Assembly (NCBI RefSeq): GCF_031769215.1
Contig: NW_026781969.1
Span: forward strand, 248,001-312,000
Direction of reading: 5' to 3'
DNA: 64,000 nucleotides
From: Ylistrum balloti
Taxonomy: Eukaryota
The notes beneath the pieces were generated by a model. That model saw only the letters and a program-made list of their open reading frames with translations, ran no database searches and was not told where the DNA came from. Position numbers and translations under genes: made by a program. Below are positions 12,376 through 33,791 of this stretch, piece by piece (position 1 is the first letter of the stretch; every line of letters starts with the position of its first letter).

Positions 12376-15300
12376 CTAGAACATGATCATCTGGCCCTGT
12401 AAAGATACAAAATACAGTGTGCTTTAGAAATGCATGTATTTACCAAAGTCTTGACAAAGATCTGGAATTCTGAATTATAACATAGGTGGTATAGAATTGG
12501 TGCAAGAGACATATCAACTGAAATATTGTTGAAAATCACTGGTAATCTTTCTTCAACAACATAAGTCAGGTCTATAGAATATGTAAACATTTGGCTGACA
12601 TTTTCTTTGCAGATACAATATGAAAATGAACAATACATTTTAAAATGTTTGCCGTTTGACAATGTAGCATCAACAGAAAGGCTTGGTCACCGAACATTAA
12701 GAAAGAGGTTCAACAAGAGCCTATACTCCATGGATTGCTGTTTATATCCTTCCTTTGCACGACCCTTACTGTCATTGACCAGTCCTCAGCTTCGGTGCTT
12801 CCACCAACGACATGATCTACAGAATTGTCCATTTGTGCAGAAAGGACATACCAACCTCAATGTTTTAATAGGAATGTGCTGTCAGTAATGGAACTCTGTG
12901 CATTAAACTACCTTTTGGTTGAGTGATCCAGTACAGTTTGATAGTAAATGAAATGAAAACTGAAAACTTGCACAAATGATTTGCTAAGATGACTGACCAA
13001 TTTTGAACTTATACTCCTAACATCACTTTGAAACCCAAGTATTACTCTCATCAGTTTTAAAAAGCAGCAAGAAGACAGTAAATGTGTATAAATAATGTGT
13101 GAATTTCGAAACTGTAGTCCAAGACAATTAGAATAAATATAACCAGCTAGATTATGTCTTCCTTCAATGCTTTTAGTTTTCTTTTAACTACATCTTCAAC
13201 ATTTAAAGCCCTAATGTAATAAATGCATGGAATTTGAAAAGTATACAGACTGTATCATTCAAAAAGAAAACGAAAGTCACATTGTATTCCAAGCAGATAT
13301 CTGGTTTTCAAATACAATAAATAACAATGCAATACACTGTGGTAATTTACAAATATACTGAGCAATATGGTATCAGAATTATGTGACAAGATGATTACAC
13401 TATGAATTAAGCTAGTGTTAACATAAAATATTTAGCATTTCTTTTTTAAACAAGATTTTAAACTAAATCACTGAAGGTCAAATTCACCATTCCCAGTCAA
13501 CATTCACACTGTAAAACATATGCATATAGCAGTTATACTAAGCTTCCAAATTCTCTTTACTCAACTTTGTTACATGAGGTTGATCAAAAACAGAGAAAGC
13601 AACTAAATGTATTTATGAGTAATTAACATATCTCTGACTATAACAATCTCTTTTTTATTTGAATATGAGTAATATTTTAAGGATCATACCTTCCTCTTCT
13701 TGTCACCTCCCAACTCAAAGTGTTTACAGCGTTTAAGTGACAACTGTTTCCTGTACTTGCATGTGATACATTCCATTCGTAGTGTGATTTTCTTTGTGGT
13801 CTTTGCCTGAAGTCAGAAACAAAATATGTCAATGCTGCTATTAAATCTAAAATAAAAATTATATAACTAATTCATACTAATATTCAGTTCAGATAGAGAT
13901 AGCATGTTTACCATTGAAAGGCCTCAAATAAAAAACAATAGTGTCAATGTTTCACAAATCTGAAGTAATTATTAGTTTAACATTACTTTCTGTTCAAAAC
14001 AGTGCAAGTTTCATTGTACAACAGCACATATAGCATTAGGAACAAAAAAGTGAAGTATAAAGTGACTATGACATGCATCCTCTTTAAATGCAATTGACAA
14101 GATTTTTCTCATTTTCTCTAAATATGCAAACGAGTAGTAAAATATTATCTTAATGGAGAGAATTGACCTCCCATTATCAATATTAATAGTATCCATTTGC
14201 ATGTACACAGCAAATCATAATCGGACATCTAAAAAGTATAAAGCATTTAAAAATGAAGAGAATAATTGCCCAGACAATTATTAAATCAGATCAAATCTTA
14301 AAAAGAAGGAGAGTGGTGGTTATTGGAAACAGGCAGACAAAAAAAAGCAAGGAAGGGCAATTATTAAAAATGAAAAAATTCAAATGTCAAAACAGCATTT
14401 TTACAATATTGTAGTCTAATCAGTGTGGATTACAAACAGGACATATTACTGTAAAAGGTAAGTATAATATCCATTTAATTTGTTGCTTTATCATATAGCA
14501 GGTGTAAATGTTTGCTGAATGTTAACATTACCATGTAAATAATGTGACCATCAATGCTTTCCTCTACAGCAGAAACAAATAAAAAATATAGAACAGTCTG
14601 CGAGTACAGATAGCCAGAGAGGACATGACTGCAAACATAACCATAACCCATACTTAGAGAGAAACTATTATAGGATAGCACTAAAGCATTGATCTGTTAG
14701 TATCTAGGATCAATTGGACAATATTTCGGTTACATAATTAAGGTAAGTGCTGTGTCTGTGGAGAAAAAAAGAGAGGGGTAACTGCCATTATTGGAGGTTT
14801 ATGAAAAACCAATTAAAGGGTAGAAACAATAACAACAAAAAAACTTGTTTGGGGCCTAAAAGCAAGTACAAAAATGTTATGGCTGATTCTCATAGCATGG
14901 GCAATTATTTGAATGTATGTGTTTTTAAAAGCTGGTTGTCAATCCAAATTCTGTTCCATACTCCAATCCAATGTTTTTAAGTTAATTGATCACAGCTCTT
15001 GTTATTATAATCACCTTCTTTCTAAAAATAGGCTTGGTCTGACCTCCGTATCCACTCTGCTTTCTGTCGTATCTTCTTTTTCCTGTGACAAAAATGTCTA
15101 CTGTAAGATTTTTGTAATGGAATAAAAATGATGTGGTCATATATATAATATCTTGTACAATTTTTGAATCATGACTTCATATTCAAATTTGAAGTCACAA
15201 TTTTGCTTTTTTTGACACCTTTGTTTCAAAGCAAGTAACGCAAGACGAAATAGTCATAAGTTGTTTGTTGTTTGACAATGTAGCACCAACAGAAAGGCTC

Positions 15301-18121
15301 AGTCACTGAACATTAAGAAAGAGGTTCAACAGGAGCCTATACTCCATGGATTGCTGTTTATATCCTTCCTTTGCACGACCCTTACTGTCATTGACCAGTC
15401 CTCAGCTTCGGTGCTTCCACCAATGACATGGTCTACAGTATTGTCCATTTGTGCAGGAAGTTAAAGAGAAAAGAATCATTTGATTTCTATCAAGAATACC
15501 GTTTTCAACCAAATTAATGCCATCTCCAAGTAAGTACATCTATATTCTTAGAGGTGGGTTTGCTTAATTAATGTTTAATTCATTGCCTTGTTATTACACT
15601 AAACTGATAAGTAATATGGTTGCATTTAAAAAAAATTTTATCAGTGCACCAATTCAACAGAAACTACTATTAGAATATTTGTTCAATTAAGTATTCAAAT
15701 ATTTGTTTTATATGGTCCACAATTTTAGGAAAGCTTGAAGTATACACTACACACTATAATGTTTTTCCAATACTGAACAAAATGGTTCATAAATCTACAT
15801 TGGCTCATTTTTTTTTGTAATATGATGAATGCAGCTCGTAACTTGGTTAACCAAAAAGGTTGTTAAAAACACTATCAATTTCTCAGCCTAATGGTCTGCC
15901 TTATGAACATGGTTTTAAAAGTGTGAAACGAACAAGAAAAGAAGTCACAGGAAGTGGTATGATGTGAAGACACAAATACATCCTCTCATATTTCAATATT
16001 CAGAAAAAAGTATTGTTCTTAGCATGTATCAATCACTTTTTTTCAATAGAATTACCATCTTACTTCAAAATGTATGAAAATAAAGCTAAAGCCAAATCCA
16101 GTACAATGGTGGCCTGGATAACTTTGTCCATGGATGAGACTGTAGGACAATTGAGAAGGGGCCTACAAAAATGCATTTTCATATACAACTGAAACCAAAC
16201 TGCAAGCTTTTCAGGTGTAAAACTTTGAGCATTGAGAATACATTGATAAATTTACTACGACTCTTCAGAGAAATCCAAGTTTTTTCCTATTATATTTAAG
16301 GGTACACTTCTTCTGGTAGCCCAATCATTAGATTATTTAAAAGCATTTACCTTGGGCGTACAGGGAAGCTCTTCCTGTCTTGTACTGGGTAACTTTATGA
16401 AGGGTATGCCTCTTGCATTTTTTACCCTTGCAAAAGGTTTTCCGTGATTTCGGAATGTTAACCTGAAACATAAGAAATGTGATATTGATCAAAAGTTCAT
16501 CACCATTAAATTCCACTCACATCTTAATTAAAGATTGTAAAGACATTGAGACAGGTACATTTACAGTCTGAAGTCCCAATTATCTAGTTGATAGCCACTA
16601 CAACAATGACAAAAATATAGCAACCAATGGCAAAAGAGCAAAGCCCTTTACCAGTAACATGTACAAACAACTGTGGTCATGGTAACATTGATACACTAGG
16701 ATTCTAAGTGCCATGAAAGTAGTTACTGTAGTCCCCTTTTTACAATACTATATATTTAGCCTTGCTATACTTTTTAAGAAACTACAAAAAACTCCAAGCC
16801 GGTTTTAATTTTTCAGTGCATGACTACTGTAAGTTATGTCAATTGTAAAAAAACACACAAGCATAACTTGTCATCTTCTTAAGATCAGATTGTAGTAAGT
16901 TTCCAATCTTTAGATGAATATTCTTTGCATAAGATGTCATAAAAATGGTGTGATTGATCACTCGATTGAATGCAGTGAACATAGGATTTTAGGTTATCTA
17001 ATGTAAAAGTACTTGTATGTGACAGTCTATTCTGTGTTTTTGATGCCAAGAATTATCTAATTTACATTCTAAAGATGGTAATATACCACTAACCAGCAAA
17101 GCATTGTGCATAAGACTAAAAATACATTTTCTATCAAAGGTTTAAAGAATTATTTAAAACCATCCACATAATGCTGCGAGATTTGTTGTTCTTTCAGATC
17201 AGGTGATCTGGTTATAGGTGCCCTACAATTCGGAAATGTAAAAAATTCAAAGTAAAAATTTACAGTGAATGCACTGTACATCATACAGAAAAGGTAAACC
17301 ATATCACATACAAGATCCAGCCTCTGCAAGACTTAAGTACAACAGATTTTGAAGGATCTTGCAGATTGGGTCACCAAAAAGTAGGACTCTGGATTTTCGA
17401 TTATAGCTAACAGAGGAATATATCTTTAACTGAACTGAACCATATACTTGTCTCACGGAGGCTACATCGATTGGTGGTATCTGGCGAAGGTTGACATTTC
17501 AATCTTACACTATATGTGACATGCATTAGTACAGGTTTTATTGATCAAGTGGTCTTTGAAGTGTGGCAAATTGTAAGAATATCAAAGTTTTGTTTTGAGA
17601 AGATTTGAATGTCATCTGAGGATTTTGAAGGAGCAAGATTTCCATCTACTATATACATCCAAATACCCGTCTTTGTAAACCGGTCACGAGTTGGTACCTA
17701 CAGGCTGCACTGTATTTATTCTAGAACTACGTGAAAAATAGTTCACGTATTCAAAAATACATGAACATGACACAGCAGGCTGGATGACAAAAAAACGACA
17801 TGTATCTATTCAAATGCTGCGCTCCATTCAATCATGACCTGTCCCATATTATGAAACATAAACATCGAAGTAGTCTGTTATACGTCCCTGATTTGGGCCA
17901 ATACCTGATAATACATTCTAAGCGACTGTTTACATGTGTACATCACGTTACAAATAAGTACAAAAACATTATCAATCATGAATATAGATCAAAACTAAAC
18001 GTAAAATGGAATGTAAAAAGCTTGTATCTTTAATTTCATAATATTCACTAAGAGCAAGATGGCTAGTAACAGTCGATGCTTTGAGATAGAACGGTGACAT
18101 CGTTATGAATTTTCTCACCAT
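12376..18121 (-). CDS. RPL36A: 60S ribosomal protein eL42 (L36a/L44)
   Basis: Exons (minus): 18119-18121 (ATG), 16351-16462, 15015-15082, 13690-13806, 12376-12396 = 321 nt, 106 aa: [112 protein letters not shown] on the minus strand at 12335-12340. Confidence 0.98.
12660..12840 (-). ncRNA. Candidate box H/ACA snoRNA/scaRNA, copy A (RPL36A intron 4)
   Basis: Sense to the host gene. 5' hairpin closed by TGCAC...GTGCA, ANANNA hinge (AAAGGA/ATATAA), 3' hairpin (AGCAATC...GATGCT with inner AGGCT/AGCCT and GAAC/GTTC stems), ACA at 12663-12665. About 96% identical to copy B with unrelated flanks. Confidence 0.65.
15276..15456 (-). ncRNA. Candidate box H/ACA snoRNA/scaRNA, copy B (RPL36A intron 2)
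   Basis: Paralog of 12660-12840 (8 substitutions in about 181 nt); ACA at 15279-15281. Confidence 0.65.
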
Positions 18122-18270
18122 TTTGCAGGTCGGTTAGAAAAAGGAAGTGGATTTGCGCAGGTCACCTAATCTTGCCTCTCAGACGTTTGTAAGCAAACTC
18201 ACGTCAATGGCAATTTCGAAGCATGTCAATGACGCCGACTAGACAGGAAGCTGGGAAATCGAAAACAGAG
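18122..18270. promoter_or_regulatory. Compact bidirectional promoter RPL36A/ACAT2 with TCT/5'TOP initiator
   Basis: Only 149 bp between the two start codons. Minus-strand CTTCCTTTTTCT (18136-18147) is a ribosomal-protein TOP tract. ETS-like GGAAG at 18143 and 18246; CRE/E-box-like TCACGTCA at 18199-18206. Confidence 0.8.
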
Positions 18271-26462
<8,192 letters not shown>

Positions 26463-28854
26463 ACAATACATGGCTGTATATTGGAACATTATTGTTTTTT
26501 TGTTTTAACTTTTCATTTGACCAACTGGTATGTAAATTTGTCACAAATTGGTGTTCAGAAGTGGATTAGACCAGATTTTGCTAGTAGAATTCATTATTGG
26601 TAAATGGTTAGTGACTAAGAATTTAAAATATAGGATGTAGCTATTTGATTTTAAGGATAGCCTCCCCTGTTTGTATGACTTCCTTACACTATTAAATCCA
26701 TTGCAATTATTTTATGAAAAAGCTTGTCAGTTATGTTTCATTCTTCACAGTATTTATAATTACCAATTGCTATCGCTCTATGCTCTTAGCTCTTTGCTTC
26801 AGTGCAAATACGTTTTTTTCAACTGTTGTATTTGAAAATTCTGTGTACAGGCACATAAAAAATGACAACAGACTGATGCTGCTGATTGTGTTAAGATTGT
26901 TAGCCAATAAGGTTCCCAGAACAAACACTTTTATGATCCAGATTCATTTGTGTTAAAATCTCTGTTGTCTAATAAGAATGACAAACATCAACAAATCATG
27001 TCAGATAGTATGATCAAAGTTTTGTTAAGTCCTTGAGCACATATATTGAGAAGAAAAATGTAATAAATCAGGACTTGATTGACATTCTAATGAGAATTTA
27101 AATGGCAATGAGAACTTATTGTTTTTTAAAAGCAATTAATCTGATTCTTCCTTGATACTAGAGGAAGAGTCACAATCATTGCCTTGAAGATCTATTCCTT
27201 AGGTCACCCTGCTACCTAGGGTTATACTACAAACTGTTTTTTATAATGCCACTGAAATATATAATATTTACCATATCAAATTTCTCCTATCTGTGATATA
27301 TTAAATGTGATGGTATTATGTACATATAATCAGAGTTTTAGTTAATGAAGGAACATCCTCTGATATGTAAAGTATATATAAAATATTTGTTTATGTAAAT
27401 TAATGTCTCCAGAACACTCTCATATTTGCGGCAGCATTCATATACGTAGGTAGCAGTACACAGTTTCTCATTGTGGCCATGGATGACATTTTTGTTCATT
27501 AGATTACCCTATTATATAGATTTTGATTAAAATTTATAAAACAAATCCATGCTAAAATTGGTCTTGTCATGTTGAAGTGGTCAATGTGGGGTTTCATTTT
27601 TTTCAGAATGATATTTTAGCTTTGTGTTGGAGATTACTATTTGGGCAATCTTAAATCTACACACCTAAACAGGAAATGAAATTTTCGTAGTGTTTACTCA
27701 TGGTCATGTTGTCATGTTGCTGAAATGTAAGCAGTTTATCACCATGACAGTGTTAAGACAGGTGTTAAGAAATAATTTTTTTTCTAGAAAGTTGTAGTGG
27801 TGTTAGGTTGGAATTAGCAGTATTTTTGCATTTTTAGCATTTTTGAGGTAGTTACCATGGCAATCACATGTCAGAAATCGGAGGAAATTTTTGATTTACA
27901 CAATTCTTATCTCTCTACTATTAATAAAATTGTTATGCAATTTATAAATATTTATACATGTAAGGATGTATTTCTCATAACCAAACTACCAAACCTGTAT
28001 ATCCCAAACATGACCAATAATTTCAGGAAAAGTAAGTTAAATGTTTCCTGCTTCCTGAGTTTTATTGAACAACGTACCTGTAATTTTATTGAACCCTGTA
28101 CCTGTAATAATGATTAGAGATGTTCCTATGAGTTATATTTGTCAGAATTTGAAAAAGAGATTTTATCAATTTAATTGAGATTATGATAACACAATGAATG
28201 AGATGTGGAGATAGAAAAGAATTTTAAAGTTTGCCTCATCATTTACAATCTTTGAGACTGTATGTCCTCCAAGTCACAAAATCAAAATTTGACAATCATG
28301 ACCAGTATTACAGTACATTTTCATCAAATGCACACATATTCTGTGTCTTAATTTGTTAACTATAAGAATCTGAAATAATTTTCAATGCTGATTATTAAAC
28401 TATATATATTTTCCCAATGATTCATATGACCAGATGTTATTGTAGGAGTCAAATTTACTACTTCCTGTGTATATTTGTATTGAAAGGCTATATTGGTGAA
28501 AGTGGAAGGTTTTTGATATATAACCTGTTATTGTGTAGTCCAAAGGGTTCTGATTATCTATCTACAGTTTTATTTTTGTTTTAGACTGTGATTGGGGCAA
28601 AAACAAAACCACAGATAAATAGTCAGAACTCTTCAGACTAGCTATTATGCAGACAATTTTTATGATGACTGACTTGTAATAGGGATTATTTGTACCATAA
28701 TGGGTGTAAAAAAAATAAAATGAAAGATTTTGAAAGAGTTATGTTATATCTGTTGAGTTAAGGTTGTCAGTGTCGTCTCCTTACACCAATCATTGCAAAG
28801 TCCACTATAGTGTTATGTCATAATTATAATGTATGGTACAGAAGGACCTAAAAC

Positions 28855-29435
28855 AAGTAAGTCGTGAAAATGGCAATGTAAAGTACATTAAAAGTCAAAA
28901 CACATAAGTCATGAAAATTGTAATGTATAGTACAAAGCTTTCAAAACACATAAGTAATGAAAATTAAAAGGACTAGTACAGTAACAGTCAAAACAATTAC
29001 AACATATGTAGTATAGTAGCATCCAAACCTAGTAAGTCGTGAGAATTACAATGTATAGTACAATAACATCCAGAAATGTGTAAGTCGTGAGAATTACAAT
29101 GTATAGTACAATAGCATCCAGAAATGTCATGAGAATTGAAATGTATAGTACAATGACATCCAGGAATGTGTAAGTCGTGAGAATTACAATGTATTGTACA
29201 ATAACATCCAGGAATGTGTAAGTGGTGAGAATTACAATGTATTGTACAATAACATCCAGGAATGTGTAAGTGGTGAGAATTACAATGTATTGTACAATAG
29301 CATCCAGGAATGTGTATGTCATGAGAATTACAATGTATAGTATAATAGCATCCAGAAATGTGTAAGTGGTGAGAATTACAATGTATAGTACAATAGCATC
29401 CAGAAATGTGTATGTCATGAGAATTACAATGTAAT
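28855..29435. repeat. 48-bp minisatellite, intergenic
   Basis: Unit GTAAGTCGTGAGAATTACAATGTATAGTACAATAACATCCAGAAATGT; period measured 29041 to 29089. It produces the spurious 16-aa-periodic ORF at 29029-29418. Confidence 0.93.
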
Positions 29436-30189
29436 GACTTTGCTGGCTATGTGAATCAAGTCGCGAGACTACTTTTTTAAAAATTTCAGACTACACAACT
29501 AATACAAAATAAAATTGCGGCCCGTTAGTTAATAAGAATCTGCGTGTTAACTGAAAAGATACAGAGACATACAATAAGATCATGCGTTCCGTAATCTTCT
29601 TATGCTTCGTCGACAACACTCTCTATGCAAATCTTGGTCAATTCAAGTAAGAAATGTCATGTTCACAAATAAGAACAACGGCACCAACAGGTATACCAAG
29701 ATGCATCAAACACGTCCAACTTATATTGAATAAGGAAATTGACGCCTGTTAAGCTTCCTCCATCAACTTTAATCTCTCGAAACCTTTTGTTATGACGGTG
29801 TTAGTTATATTGAAAATAAACCCTTGAATATCGAATCAACAGCGTCTAATTCAAACACTTAAGTTTGGAAATACATGGACTTGGCTTTCCTTCAATTGAA
29901 AATTTACACAACGAAATTGAAATCATCATTCTTATGCAGGTAAAAATCTATGTCCTTTGATATTGCTGTAGGAAAAGAATCAGTCGTATCTTTAATTTCC
30001 AATTCAGATGGAAATACTATATAGTCAATAGTCATTAAATTTCTTCTGATTTAAAACAAGACATCGCCATGTATAATACATTTGAAAATGAAATTGAAGG
30101 ACTAGACAGGAACTTTGTGACCATTTTAGAGAAGGACACAGTTTGTTAACTGAATCGTGTGATATCAGTGTTGAATCCTTCACTAATCA

Positions 30190-30570
30190 ATCACATGACT
30201 ACATCACTTTTATAAAAAGGTATATAATCATGTGACTACATAAGCGGTGAATACATTATTTAGTCACATGACTACATCACTTTCATAAAAGGTACATAAT
30301 CATGTGACTACATAAGCGGTGAATACATTATTTAGTCACATGACTACATCATTGCTGCAAAAGGTACATAATCATGTGACTAGATAAGCGGTGAATACAT
30401 TATTTAGTCACATGACTACATCACTTTCATAAAAGGTACATAATCATGTGACTAGATAAGCGGTGAATACATCATTTAGTCACATGACTACGTCACTGCT
30501 ATAAAAGGTACATAATCATGTGACTACATAAGCGGTGAATACATCATTTAGTCACATGACTACGTCACCG
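30190..30570. repeat. 72-bp tandem repeat (about 5.3 copies), each unit with an inverted pair of E-box/M-box motifs
   Basis: AGTCACATGA at 30262, 30334, 30406, 30478, 30550 (period 72). Each unit also contains the reverse complement TCATGTGACT. Confidence 0.93.
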
Positions 30571-31634
30571 TTAGGTATATATCTAATCATTTTACTACAT
30601 CAGTCGAGAATCACAAAGTTACATGAGAACATCCCTGCTTAGATACGTATCTAAGTCTTATGGCTACATCGACAGTGGATACATGCTTCATCAAGAGACT
30701 ACACCATCACTAGGTACGTAACTAAAATACTTACTAAACCTTGGTAACAAGGTCAGAGGTATACTGCTAGCTATGCAGTGTTTATTTATTGTTATTCTGA
30801 TAACCTTTTATCTTCAATACTGTTTATGTTAACTTGAAAAATAAGCTGGTTGCTTTAAAGTTCGGTTTGATTGAAGCATTTGTGATTCTATTTTATGTTT
30901 ACAGTGTGACCGGTGTATTGATCAAGTCAGCCGCTGTGGTTCTCGATAACATGTATCAAGATAAATACAAAAAACATGTTAGATCATAAAAAATGAAAAC
31001 TATCTGAAACAAATTGGGAATACTACCGTGAGTTTTCACATTTCCATACCTTTGGGCTAATTGTTGTGTGCCGTGAATTAAGGAGTCCGGGTTTTCGTAT
31101 AGTCCTTTATCAATATTCAGGTTGCAGTTTAAATTGAACACGTCTGGTAATTTGAAGGGTTATCCCTGTGTTTCTTTATACATTCATATTTAATTGTATC
31201 TCGGTGTCGATTTAAAGATGTTGATAATAACGATACACTAGTGAGTTCAGAACGATGTACCTCTTTGTCACAATATTTATCTTGCTACTTTTTAGAGTTA
31301 TATTGACTTGAAGTCTTTTGATCTAGTCATCGTGAGTGGCATTGCTATGCGGTGAAATAGTTATCGTGCTAGTCAGCATTTTTACCTCAATTTTCTATGA
31401 ATAATTTTTGGTTCGTAAGACAACACTACACAAGAGTGATGCATTTATAGACAAGGAATGTACATTTAAAATAGATGGATAGATGGATGGATGGAGGGAA
31501 GGATGTCGTCAATACACCACCGTTTTTATCTCGATAAAATCAGTGCTTGATATCTGCTGCCTGGTGATAATCTTGAACACCACAAGGGCACCCGGGTACA
31601 TGTCGGCTGATAAGCAGACAGATGATTAGCGACA

Positions 31635-33735
31635 ATGGTGGATTGCGGAAACATATTTCGTGTGTTGCTTTTCCTGTGGTGTTTCGCTGTCCGTGCTGTT
31701 TACGCTGGTAAGTACCTTTTGTTGTAAGTATACTAGTGTTACTCCATGCTTCGAGCAAAGTTGTCAAATACATACGTATTATTGGGATTAACTGCATATC
31801 ATGGATTAGTTTTCATAACCAGTCTTACTTACATCAAACACGGACATTATCCTGTTATCTTTTCCACAGAGAGAAGCCAATATGATTTCAAAATTTCATG
31901 GCGTCACAAAAAGGCACCAAAGTGCAACATTAAGAAATCAAGATGTCAAAGTGATATCTTTTCTTCAAATTCTAGTCACCTTTCGAAAACAAGTTTGTGT
32001 GAGATAGAAGTAAACTGCTTCCACTTCAAAACCCATTTGCAGTACCCTTGTTCAGTTTTCATTGCATCGATATCTTTTTCGTGTCTTACAATGAATTTTT
32101 AGCCAGGACGTATCTGGTTTGGATGAATTTTTAGCCAGGACGTATCTGGTTTGGATGAATTTTTAGCCAGGACGTATCTGGTTTGGATGAATTTTTAGCC
32201 AGGACGTATCTGGTTTGGATGAATTTTTAGCCAGGACGTATCTGGTTTGGATGAATTTTTAGCCAGGACGTATCTGGTTTGGATGCCTATATTTAGAGTT
32301 GTAGTATTCGGCTCTTTATTCCGAATACATGTATGTTCTCTCGGTGACCAGAGAGTTATTTTGATACAATACCGAACAATTATTTTGTTTAACCATGTAA
32401 TTATGATAAATCGTTCGTGTGCTGGCTGTAATAGGATAAAAAGTTTCGTACCCAAATTTGTATAATTGTCTAAGTTGAATCTGTGTCTGCCTGCCATTAG
32501 GATCCCCCCTTCCCCCACTCATTTAGGGGTAGATAGTCTGGTATTCTGGATTTAGGAAGTCGAATTAATAAACGCAAAATTTTGTCGTCAATAAAATGAA
32601 ACTGCAAGATCATAATAGCAGATATGAAAATCCATTCAGTTACAGATTCAATGAAAAAATATCTATTTCAGCATTGGAATACTTACAGATGACATCCATG
32701 AGCATATACCAGCTATATCCACTTCATGTTGAATTCACTTTTGTCAAGTTATCGTTCATGATGCCCAGAGATGCCAACTAAAAGAAGTTCAATGCTTATA
32801 TATATATTTATCACTTTTTCAATTTTTATCCCGTTAGAAGGCAAGGTAACCTCAATATGTTTATATTTCTTGTAACATTTTACGGCTGTTGACATTTCAC
32901 GTACTAGCAATAGTCAATTAATTTCGGTACGATTACATAGTAGCCCTATCACACAATACACACGTGTGTAATGTAAAGTCAGGGAACGATGGCAAAGTCC
33001 GGAAGATTCTTATTGATTAATCTCCGACTTTTTGTTTTTGTGGTTTTTTTTTTCATCAACTCCGAAACAAATAGAACAACAAACGTATCAGTGAAACGTA
33101 TTAAGTGAAAGCTCCTCACAAACGATTTTATAGGACACAATATTTTTACAAAGGACAAGAATTCTGTAGTTAATGGGTTTCAGGCCCCGAATTGGGTATA
33201 CTGCGCATTATCTTAGAATGCTAACATGCTCCTGGCTTAAACGCAAGCAAAGTTGTAACAAGGACAAGATATTTTAACAAAGGACAATAACTATGTAATT
33301 AAGGGGTTGCGGGCCCTGAATTTGGTGCACAGCGCATTGTCTTAGTATGATTAATGCATGCACCAAGTTTCATTATCCTAGTTTAAATGCAAGCAACTTG
33401 AATTTGAAGCTCTAGACGCAGAATTTTTAACAAGGGACAATAACTCTTTAATTTATGGGCCAAGGGCCATAAATTTGGATGAATGGGCATCACCTTAGTA
33501 TGACCAACGTATACACCAAATTTCATGATCCTTGCTTAAATGTTTGCAAAGTCATACTCCGGACACACAAGGACGGACGGCAGGACAAACGGACGGACAA
33601 AGCGGCGACACTATGCATAGGGAGCATAAAAATCGCGGTTAGACGGGCAAAACCCGTGGAACAACCGACCACATACCTGGGTTACGCTGTCAAGTTATTT
33701 ACGAAGCAAATAACACATACTTCCTCATTGTTTTC

Positions 33736-33791
<56 letters not shown>

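Noticed and set aside
12660-12840. Identification of the intronic RNA as U17/SNORA73
   Set aside because: The conserved m1 (AUAUUCCUA) and m2 (AAACCAU) motifs are absent.
14540-14700. 11-bp inverted repeat (ATCAATGCTTT/AAAGCATTGAT) followed by ACA in RPL36A intron 3, as a third snoRNA
   Set aside because: Single stem with no second hairpin or H box that I could define; a stem of this length is near chance expectation in an AT-rich intron. Worth including in the same Infernal scan.
29029-29418. 129-aa hydrophobic repeat ORF (TYTFLDAIVLYIVILT)n
   Set aside because: A by-product of a 48-bp repeat (multiple of 3); no promoter, signal peptide or splice context.
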